DNA of 39,536 nucleotides from Dimargaris cristalligena (Eukaryota): NCBI GenBank assembly GCA_003614675.1, contig ML002350.1, positions 1 to 39,536 of the forward strand, read 5' to 3'. Shown piece by piece: positions 1 to 9,850 of this stretch (position 1 is its first letter; each line of letters starts with the position of its first letter). The notes under the pieces were generated by a model. It saw only the letters and a program-made list of their open reading frames with translations, ran no database searches and was not told where the DNA came from. The position numbers and the translations under genes were made by a program.

Positions 1-1680
1 GTCATTATTTATCAATCCAAACAGTAATACTACGTAGGTTGAACTTCTACCACTTCCTAAGTATAAATACCTTCAGGAATCACAGCTTTTAATAAAACAT
101 CTCTTTTTTCATTCTTATGAACTGTACCAGTAGTTTTGCCTACAGTTGTCTTAGTTATTTCAAAGGTTCGACCTTACTGTCTCTTTGATTATAAGGCATT
201 CACACCTATCATTTTATAGTTGCTCTGCCATACCACAACATATATTGTTACGTTTTTGGGCAACATAAATAGTGATAAAATAAAAATATAAATGAAATAA
301 TACCCTTGGATACTCGAAAATAACTAAAACATAATCAAACTTCCGCGGAAGTACTACTGGGTGAATTCTTCAGCCTTAACTAAAAAGTTGTTTTTATTAC
401 TAAGATATTCCACTGAGTATTTATACTAAAACTCAGGGATTACAAATTGGTAGATATTCAAAGACTAAAGATAGAAGATACTAAAAGATCAGATACATTT
501 GTATAACCAAAACAAAAGTAAAGACAAGGGTCTTCGAATTGTATCATTGGTTTTTAAATGGTAAACCATTTGATAGTACCACCAAAACAATAGTGAAAAA
601 GGGAACTTCAAACTAATAATTGGATGAATAAAAATAATCATACCCATTGGTATAACAAAAACAAAGGTATAAAAGATATAAACAAACTTATAATGGGTTA
701 AAGGAATAACTGATATTCATTGATAGAGTACAGCAAGGGTAGAAATGTGATACTCAGAATAATAATCCAATCACAAATAAATATATAATTATTGTATAAC
801 AATAACAACTTATAAAGGGGAAAACTTAGGCTAGCAGCACTAATTCCTTGGCTAATCACCTAAATATAGATAGTAGTTTCAATAAAAGAGGAAAAATAAA
901 TAGGGCAATGTCAAATAAGACTATAGCCATTTGGCTATATCGTAATAATAAAGTAATTGTACATGTACTAATTATTCCTAATTGAATATTGCCATAATAT
1001 CTATAGCCAATTATTGCAGACCACTTCTGGAGGTTGTTTTGCATAGCTCTATTTATAAACCTGAAATGGTTTTTAAAGTTTATTCCATGGTCTAATGTAT
1101 ATGTTGTTTAACGGGGCCTATTAGATGATATGCATTCTAGGGGATGGTATTTTTCCATTTTTGTATATTAAAGGCATTGGTGTGCAGCTATTAAGTCGTG
1201 GATTTTATGGAAATATAGTGCATTTGACAGTTTAAGCCCACTAATATTATATGCCCAGCATATTTTGACTAAGTGTAAGACATGTAATATGGGAAATGGG
1301 AGTGCAACCGATTGACTATGGGACTGTACTGTTGCCGCAATCTTGGTGATTTGACCATCTGATCCAATGGTGTATCTTGTCCACTAGAAGGTACCCTGTC
1401 GATTGTAAGTTTACTGCCATTATTAGGCTCCTTACTGTATTTTTCTTTTTTTCCACTTTAGAAAGTACCGTAAACTTAACAGTTTCGGTAAAAAAAATAG
1501 AACAGAATGCTAGATATAGGATGAATAAAACATTAGACCTTTTTAAAGGAGGTAGGCAAGTTATCATCCAATTCACCATCAAGGAGTACTTCCAAGGTGC
1601 TACACCTGATCCGAGGCTGGCGCTTCTGGTGAGGTATTGGGGACACAAGTAGAGTACCTTATATCTAATAATTATTGAAA
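1..1680 (+). mobile_element. Degenerate Ty3/Gypsy (probably chromovirus-type) LTR retrotransposon pol remnant, with many stops and frameshifts
   Basis: Broken + strand frames give motifs in Gypsy order. RNase H-like: HSYEL (110-124) and FDYKAF (about 185-200, cf. TDHKAL). Integrase-like: QCQIR (about 907-921), IIADHFWRL (about 1009-1035, cf. VVVDxFSR) and *APYCI (about 1423-1440, cf. the GPY motif). Chromodomain-like: QFTIKEY...LLVRYWGHK*ST (about 1570-1660). The region is AT-rich and CpG-poor. No paired LTR is visible in the window. Confidence 0.6.
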
Positions 1681-2379
1681 ACCCGCCATCCCCCCCTGTA
1701 GATTTCTATTTTTGGTTTAACCTGCGGAGGCCCTTCAGTAGGATATCCGCTCTAAATTTAGCCAATATATTGCACTTTCATATTTATATATATATATTCC
1801 TTCCTCCTACTTTATAAATAGCGACAGTGCGAATTCACGCTAAAATAAGAATTGGTTTGAGTCATCACCGTTTTGGGTGAGCAAGAGGATGTATTGGGCT
1901 GCACATTTATTTTTAGCTACTCCGGCCTACTTTTAAAGTTCTGTCTTTTCTACGACTTTTTTTAGTAGTAGTTGATAAGGGGAGTGGGTGGGTAGCGTAT
2001 TGGTGGAGTGCTGTAAACGAGACTAATACTAACGAACGTCCCTGCTTTATGAGGCGAACTTCTCAGATAAATACTGGTTACGCGAGCTAGCTGTGGCGAA
2101 GACTGACCACCATAATTGCACGCGATGCCACTTTGGGTGAATTAAAAAGGCCCCAAATATAAATGAGTGGAATTAGGAGCGGCTCATTTATCAACCTGCG
2201 CCACTCTTCTGAGGAACGACTGGAACCTCCTTCATCTGGCTAGCCCTGTGATTGCTGTCGAAACTACATGATTTTTCAGTATTGCTTGGCATTCATGCCA
2301 CTATTTCTGCCGAAGGAACCCCATTCATCGAAAGCGAATGGCCGGTAGTAGCAGCCCCCCTTACCGGAGCCCTCTCATG

Positions 2380-2387
2380 TATAAATA
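2380..2387 (+). promoter_or_regulatory. Candidate TATA box (TATAAATA) for the peptide gene
   Basis: Canonical TATAAATA about 215 nt upstream of ATG 2596, followed by a pyrimidine-rich leader. Confidence 0.45.
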
Positions 2388-2595
2388 CCCTACTGGCTGC
2401 CCCTTGCTTTTGTCATATCAGTTCACTTACCCGCACAACCATTTTCTCTCACCCACTTATCCCTACCAGTCTGCTTCTAACCAGTTGCTTTACTCGCTCA
2501 TCCTATTCTGTCATTCGCAGCTACTAAGTGGGGGTTTTTTTTCTTTTCATCCAAATTCACTCCTACCAACCGATCTAGTAGCCTACCTAACAACC

Positions 2596-2808
2596 ATGCA
2601 ACTCCTGTCTGCCACCACTGTCATTCTGGCCGCCATTGCCACTATTGGCATGGTTCATGCTAACCCCGCTCAACCGGCCGCTTCCCAGCAGCTCACTAAG
2701 CGCGGGTTTCGCTCGGTTGCAGTCAAGGCCGGTGCTGCGGGAGCCGGTTGGTATCTGGCCAAAAAGGGCATTGAGGCATACCGCAAGAGCCGCGCTACCA
2801 AGAAATAA
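2596..2808 (+). CDS. Small secreted prepro-peptide (70 aa): signal peptide, propeptide ending in KR, 34-aa cationic mature peptide
   Basis: Internal ATG of the listed ORF 2338..2808 in good context (ACCATGC). Translation: MQLLSATTVILAAIATIGMVHA / NPAQPAASQQLTKR / GFRSVAVKAGAAGAGWYLAKKGIEAYRKSRATKK. GC-rich coding-like composition begins at this ATG, while the upstream part of the ORF looks like promoter/UTR. Confidence 0.85.
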   Translation: MQLLSATTVILAAIATIGMVHANPAQPAASQQLTKRGFRSVAVKAGAAGAGWYLAKKGIEAYRKSRATKK

Positions 2809-3456
2809 TCTACCAACATCTCTGTCACTCTAATTATTGACCCACAATCTTTGTGAATATAAACATTGTCGTTTCTTTGAGGATGAAATTATCAGTATTC
2901 CCAGCCAAACCAAAGTTCCTTATGAACGGTTTTTGTATATATGTTTATCGGGATTTATTTTTTCCATTGGATCTAAGGTTGACTTATCCCCCCTCCCCCC
3001 TTCGGTTACAATTTCCTTGACAATAAAATATGGTCGACTCTTTAATCTTGTATGTTAGTCAACATGTAGGTGGGAATATTACTGGAAGTTTAGTGACCAA
3101 ATAACCTGAAGTTTTTATGTATGACATGGTTGACTATAAACAAAAAGCCGCACCGACAGGAAGATTCTGTCCATAATGTTGATACTCTAGATAGATCCGA
3201 CCAATTACTTGGAACTATCGCCCAGACCACAAGAACGTGGTATTTACTCCTCTTTATACCCACTCTCTTTCTTCGTCCCCGGAAAGTTTATGTGTTTTAG
3301 GAAGACTTTAATCGTTCTCGGGGCATTCATTGGTTAGTGGACATGGCTACTAGGAAACACTTAGCGAGATGCATTTTACCAGAAAATTCGGTTTATATTT
3401 TGGGGATTGCGGGGTAACAGCCAGTCAGGCTTATATTATTATTATTGAAAATGCGT

Positions 3457-5356
3457 TTAACCAGATTCCGACGAATCGTCAGAGATATTCCATATATTAT
3501 TAATGGCTACCGAGCCCCAATGCACATTGTCCGAGTTCGGTTGGGTCATGACTAATGTTTGCCTAAGTATCTCCAGATAGGCTGGTTCTAAGCGATGGGC
3601 AAATAGGTTGAAATTTAACGTATGGGTTGGTCGAGTTTCCTTATGGGGCACCAGGGAAAGTTCCTCCGGCTCAAATGTTGAAATTTGCACCAAGAGGCTC
3701 ATCTGGTTATCATCGGTAAGATGCATATGATCAGTGTCAGGTAGATTGCTGTAAGCGCGGTATGGTAAATGCCCTCCTCCACCTTCGGCACGGTCGGCCC
3801 ATTCTCTTACTAATGACCGATCTACCGGTATTTGCAGTGGGCATCCCCACCGATACGCCAGAAAAATGGCCCCAGTTGGCAGGTTCGCAGCCTGCATAGT
3901 ACGGACAAGGTTACAGTACACTTGGTGTACATCATTGGCGGGGATATCAGACAGGGAGCCGCTATACACCAATGTGAGAGCGTCAATCAATTCCGACTGC
4001 TTAGCAACGGCGGCCAACACAATGGCATATCGGTTCATTTCATAGTACGAGGAAAGGGTCAAGTCCTCGATTGGGCAAATTAGGCGAAACCACGGAAGAA
4101 GCGCGGCTGTAAAAGTCTGCAGTTCATTGACTCGGTTAGTCGTTGATAAGCGGGCCATGACTGTAGTCAGGACATTGGAAATAAAAGGGCTGAACCAGGC
4201 GTGGTGGTCCGCCGCCGCCGAAGTAGGTCCGGAAGGAGAAATAGAGGAGTGCCGCCGGTTCATTAAGCGATTCATTCGACTGGTCTGCGCAAGGGGCCAA
4301 CCCCCTTCACTTTGGTCAAACAGTGCGATAATATATGGGTCTGCTAATGTGGTGATTAGCTGAATCAATTGTTGGGCATCTGGCTGGTCATCGACTAGAG
4401 CTATTAAAGGTAGTCGGGGGACCATTACAGAGCGCGGTAATTGTTTTAGCCCAATGAACCGCCACGCATCTGCCATTCGAAGCAAAGGGTCGGCCCGATT
4501 AGCTACTAAATACCGGTAAAAGTCGAATATTACGTCCCGGTCAATATGGTAATTAGCTTGGCGTAGGGACTCGTCAATTAAATAGGCTGACATGCGCCAA
4601 ACATGGTTGATATGGATAAACTGGCTGCTGACTATCTGCTGGTCGACCAGTTGCTCCCAGGCCTGGATGGCGCTGCAGGTGTCCGCCGCCGATGAAGGCT
4701 AAGCTTTAGACCGCTGAAGAACACTTCTCAGAGTATGATAGGGTCGCTATTCCAGTCGGAAGGACGGGTGAGGGTGAAATTGAATTGGTGAGATAAAGAA
4801 TGTTTAGACCTGTAATGAGGTGGTAGCAGAGAGCTGGAAGATAAGACACGCGCTGATCGTATAATGTGACAGGTAAGGGTACACAAATGCAGTGCCAATT
4901 TGGGCCTACCCTAGTCTAGCAGTTGCGCTATTGGACTATTCGTAGGTGGTACACTGAAACTGGTCATTGTCCTTCCCTCCTCCCATTTTTACCCCCAAAA
5001 AGGTAGTTTCGGTTCAAGCAAAACAAAATGAAGGCAATGGTATGCTATCCTCCCGCAATGGACCCAATTTTACCTACCTGTATTAAATCGAAATCCATCT
5101 GGGCAATAAAAGCGGCGTTGCATTTGGACGTTCGGGATAATCGGTGGCGAGAGAGAGGCGATGCGTTCCTAATAATGATTTGAATCAGCTCATTCGGCAA
5201 ACACTCCCAGCCCTTCGATTGTAAAGGCGATTCGTTGTTTCTGGCGGGGCCATACAGGTTGGGTGTACTCATGGACAGGCCAGGGGCTGCACAGGTGGCC
5301 CGAAAAGTTAATTTGAGGAATATGGCCAAAATGGCCCACTCTAAAAGGCAGTTCAT
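3457..5356 (-). CDS. Putative secreted protein with an N-terminal F-box-like motif, about 506 aa, two exons (5356-5078 and about 4698-3457)
   Basis: Exon 1 encodes a hydrophobic leader MNCLLEWAILAIFLKLTFRATCA-AP and the F-box-like WECLPNELIQIIIRNASPLSRHRLSRTSK, ending at a strong donor CAG|GTAGGT (5078/5077). The 378-aa ORF 3457..4593 stays open upstream to TAG 4701-4699, a phase-0 compatible acceptor. The acceptor position is uncertain. Confidence 0.7.
4699..5077 (-). other. Spliceosomal GT-AG intron (predicted, about 379 nt)
   Basis: Donor GTAGGT at 5077. The acceptor was chosen as the most upstream AG that joins exon 1 in frame to the open downstream frame without stops. Confidence 0.5.
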
Positions 5357-7752
5357 AGCGACAGGTTTATATCACTTGGGCCAACACAGATGTCTGCCAC
5401 AGGCGGGTAGTTGGTTGGTTATAGATATACCCTAAGGAGTTCTATAAAAGCTATAGTTAATGGACAAGTGGGAAGACTAATTTAATTCGGATAATGAGTT
5501 TGCGGCTGAACTGAAGATGTGAATATAAAGTACTATATAGGGAGCGGGGCGCGTCTAACGCCAATCGAAGGGACATAACATATTAAATAGTCTGCGAAAT
5601 GAAACAAAAGTAGATAAAACCATACCAATAAATTGGTGCAGTTTCAAGTCTAATACCACAAGGGTATGCCTTAGATAATTATTAGGGAAAGGAGTCAGTA
5701 TGGCCCCATGTACTGATCGCTGCCTAAGTGTTTATTTCTCCATCAGCTCTCTCCACAAAAGACACGTACCATATAGGGAGGATCCTGCGTATTGGTAACA
5801 CAGTGAAACATAAGGCAGTGATAGTCTGATGGGGGGAATCCTGTATATATTTTATATCAGTGCGAATATATATTTTGCTGCCCCATTCATGTGGGAGAGA
5901 TTCAACCGGGCTGAATAGCAAAAAACAGACCGTTGGATGAAGCGAATTTTACTGGATAAAAAAGAGTCGCCTGCCTTTGTTCCCATACCCATATAATTAA
6001 ATGCCATATAAATTTGGGCTGGATTTCACTCATATGTATCAATAACTCACGCCCACCCTGTCTATTATTTTTCCCCTATCCTTTTCATGAATTTACCGTT
6101 AGTTCGCGAGGTAGCCTTAAGTGACAGTCGCTACCACTCATCACATTCTTCTGGATTTTAGTAGTGTCTCAGAACACAGATTAGTTACGCCGCAGTAGTT
6201 TTCAAAAATGCTGATAAGTAAGGGTATAGTGGTGATAATGGTGGCATTATTTATATCCGGAGGTTACTGGAAATGACACTTACCATGGCGACTGTAGTTC
6301 GTATTAACCAACTATAACATAGGCATCTTTTCGCGGTCTACAGATATTCGAGTAGATGTAAACTTAGAAGCTGTAATGATGAACGGCATCGGAAATAAAT
6401 AGGTAAAGCCCAACCAGAGAACCCCAGGTCGTTGGATCTAGCGACTTACTATTAGTTGAGTCGCTAAAATTACAATTAGAACTATGTGGTTATCGATAGT
6501 AAATGGAGGTGATGACATCCGAGGTGTGAACAGGAAAAAATAACTTCATGTGGCGAACTACCAAATGAATAGCCCTATATTTGCTGTTCAAAATCGCCCA
6601 ACTTGCAGGTATCGCCACCTGCACATTTTTCTCACGAAAAAGTGGATTTGAGCTATCCAGTCTTCGTAATGGGTGGTCGAATAGTGCTTAGTAAAGATAT
6701 TTTTAATGGGAAAGAGTTAAAGGAGTAATCTGGTATGGCAAATGGACACCAAAGCACTTAACATACTAGGTTACACTAATATAGATATTATTAGGATTGT
6801 TGGTAAAGTTAAACAGCCTCAACCAGAATCTATCCTGGAGCTGGGTATAGTTAAAAACCGGCTCTGAACTTCAATAGAATATAAATAAATCCCCAGATCA
6901 TTTGATCACCCTGGCGAAAGGGGTATTAACGAGTTTCCCAATATGGGAACACCATGAAGGCCTCACGGACGCTACATGCGGCAATGGTTTATACCATTAG
7001 TTATCAATAAACTCAGACAACAGTCATAAAAAGGTCCCCTGGCATTTGAATATCATTTGGATCGTGGGCAGGGGTATACCCCCCTCCTCCCCGCTATAGC
7101 CTGTCTTTTTTTAGAGGCCTTATAAACTGCCGTGGTCTGGGTGGAGGTGATATTTTTTCGCCTCGCATGCCAAACTATTTTTACTATATCCGAAAATGCA
7201 ATTGGGGAAAAGCTAAGGGGCTATGCCCATCAAATCCTGATTTAGTTATGCCTAACTTGATATCCGATGGCTGGTCTAACCGGAATACAATTGGCGAAAG
7301 AAAGGATACTTATTATGAAAGGCCCATAACATTTTTATTGCACGCCAGTAATTGCTAAATCTTCAATTTTACCATCCAGGCAATTATCTTAATTCATGAT
7401 TATGCCTACCGCCAAACACCAATTTCTAAGTTATGCAGCGCCAAGGCTTCAACACGCATGGTCTAGTTTCTTGGTACTAACCTTTCCAGGCTCTGAATCA
7501 TACAGAAAAGTGATTAAATTATACAGGAATATGTGAAGCCATGCATGTGACCCGTGAAACACCCGTCTGACTGCATTCCGTCTGAACCGAAAAAGCATCC
7601 AAATATGTGGAGAGTCCGGGGATTCCGACAGTAATGTAATGATTAGTGACCGGAGGCGTTCGCCACTTTGTAAAAACACGGTCCAAATACAGTGTAAAAA
7701 TGGTTAGATGGAGTTTAGGGTATGTATTTGGTGAACAATTACGGTGAACATT

Positions 7753-7841
7753 GGGGGGGGGGGTGGGACTGGGGTTCGCAATTGTCACAAGATCGCTGTG
7801 CAGTCAGGGGGCACCGGTTTAAGGGGTGGGACAAAGTTGGG
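7753..7841 (+). other. G-tract cluster with G-quadruplex potential
   Basis: G11-T-GGG-ACT-GGGG (7753-7774) and GGGGG-N11-GGGG-T-GGG-N8-GGG (7806-7841). Confidence 0.35.
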
Positions 7842-9044
7842 CCAGGCTTGCTATATACATAATACATCTAACTATGTCACCCCAGCCCCAATCAAATAGC
7901 CCACCCACATAATATCACGCGAAGAGCTGTCGTGGAAATGTGGCTGGTGCCAATTTTTACATTATAACCACGATTCACACGATATTTGTTAATAAGTACT
8001 TGGCAGGGTGCAGGCCAGTGAGATTAAAAGGGGGTATCAAATCCTGGATACCCATTAGCGAGGCGTAAGTCAGGCATACACCACAGTGCCCCTTTGGTTT
8101 CTAATCGGAAACACCCTCGATCAACAAAAGGATAAAACTATAAATCTGTAATGAACAGCTATTCACATGCAATAGATTTTGGTATTTATTGAATCCTGTA
8201 CGGCATAATTGGAGACAGTATACTTAGTTGTCAATATCAGGCTAAAATTTACAATAGTATGCAATATTTAGGTAACATTGAATATAATTTTCCTTTAAGT
8301 TCGGGGAATATAATTTGGTCCTGTTTGATTTGAATATGATAATAAGTCCCCCCCCCTTAATGACCGGTACATCATCTACCGGCCGGTTTTCCTTTTGAAG
8401 AAGTCTTCAACTGTCTTCTTAGGATATTAGTATGTCTGGAGCTATGGGACAATCATACCCCCTATATTGGTGAGAATTTGAGAGGGGCTTACTAGTGGGG
8501 AGGGGGTATCGCCGAGGGTAATCTCTCATAAGTCGAATGCTAGTGAGATATTAAACAGGTATAATGTCCAAGATTGAGTCTAGGGGTAAAGGGGGCACCG
8601 CCCACAATGTGGAATATTGGGCCCCTTACCTTTGCGCCGCGCCTTCATGTCGTATTACTCCAATCATTGGAGAAAAACTCCATTTTGGGAATATACAATA
8701 ACAATGGTTCAACTTAATAGGTGCTAACTACTCTGAGCCAGCCTATAATATCCTACAGATTCCCTTGTTGCAAACGTGTGTAATTGCTTCTAAGCATTTA
8801 ATAACTTTTATATCCCCACAGTCCAACTTCGAATCCGATTTCTTCATTTGAACGCTTAACATTTTCGCTATTATTGTAATTTTTCTACAGTCACAACTTA
8901 TTATTATTTTTCACCTTTCCTGGCTGATTTTCTATTCCTACCTCTTCAGAGCTCAAGTTATACAGTGGTATCTATCATCGATCCCTTCTCCCCTTTGCAG
9001 TTCAACACCTTGCCAATTAACTGATACCGAGCGTTATATTCAAA

Positions 9045-9850
9045 ATGATTTCAGCAACCGGATGCGATCATTCCAACTTTGCTCTCCCTAGGACTGAACC
9101 AATCCCACATGCCACTGGATTACCTCTTCAAAAGCCGAATATCCCCGTTGGTGGATACGGTGCGTATTCGATCAAAACCCCCCTTATTGCCGCTGGTCCC
9201 AACAATATCGTTTGGTCGCTGGGCGACAGTATTCGGGCATTGAAGGTCATTTTGGCCGTCTTGATGAGCCGGGTCCATCATAATCCGTTTGTCGCCTTTG
9301 GTGTCCTGCATGCTTCCAAATCTGGGTTAGACTCAAGGGGGATATTGGATTGGAGTAGCCCCTGCAGGGATTATAGTATAACCCGATTTTCCATTCACGT
9401 AGAGCCCGGTATTCCAATTTCGTTGCTGTTCGCTTCAATTCAACCCGCATCCAACACTACATGTGTGGTTTCGAGCAGCCTAAAATCTAGCTGCGAACTA
9501 CCCATTGATTTATCGACTCCTCGGGACTTTGCTAAGGTGACGCTTAGTCTACGCACGAGTCAGCTGGGTAATCATTCGGCTAAGAAAGGTTCCGTCGAGG
9601 ATGATCCTGTATATGCTGGACTTATGGATCAAAATGTGATCGACTTACTGATCGATTGTGTCCTTCAGGATAATTTTATTTTGGCCACCCTAGTGTATAG
9701 GCGCACTAGCTATAGTCCTTTAGCCATTCAAGAATTCGCGAGCCCCTTCGTTACACTTTTCCAAAGTATATTTCAAGATTATTGTCCAGCTGCTTCGCAT
9801 GATACCGGATCACCGTTGGTTCGAGATCTAGCATGGTTGGAAGAACAGGA
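9045..9850 (+). other. NRPS N-terminal truncated condensation domain (C-terminal lobe only)
   Basis: LKVILAVLMSRVHHNPFVAFGVL and DLLIDCVLQDNFILATLVYRRTSYSPLAIQEF resemble the second half of C domains. No HHxxxDG motif is present. Confidence 0.6.

Noticed and set aside
1684-2000. Possible 3' LTR starting TGTAG after the chromodomain-like segment
   Set aside because: It is preceded by a C-run rather than a polypurine tract on the coding strand, and no second LTR copy is in the window to confirm it.
2338-2595. N-terminal 86 codons of the listed 156-aa ORF
   Set aside because: They span the TATA box and pyrimidine/T-rich leader. The signal peptide starts at the internal ATG 2596.
3056-3136. Short imperfect inverted repeat (TAGTCAACATGT / ACATGGTTGACTA), MITE-like
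   Set aside because: Only about 12 bp with an indel, a single copy, and no convincing target-site duplication.
4699-4809. Alternative acceptor CATTACAG at 4810 giving an in-frame exon with three TAA/TAG stops (pseudogene, or TAR-to-Gln recoding)
   Set aside because: The following 414 codons and the 7960-codon NRPS contain no internal TAR, so neither recoding nor dense C-to-T decay fits. Three stops in 37 codons is ordinary for intron sequence.
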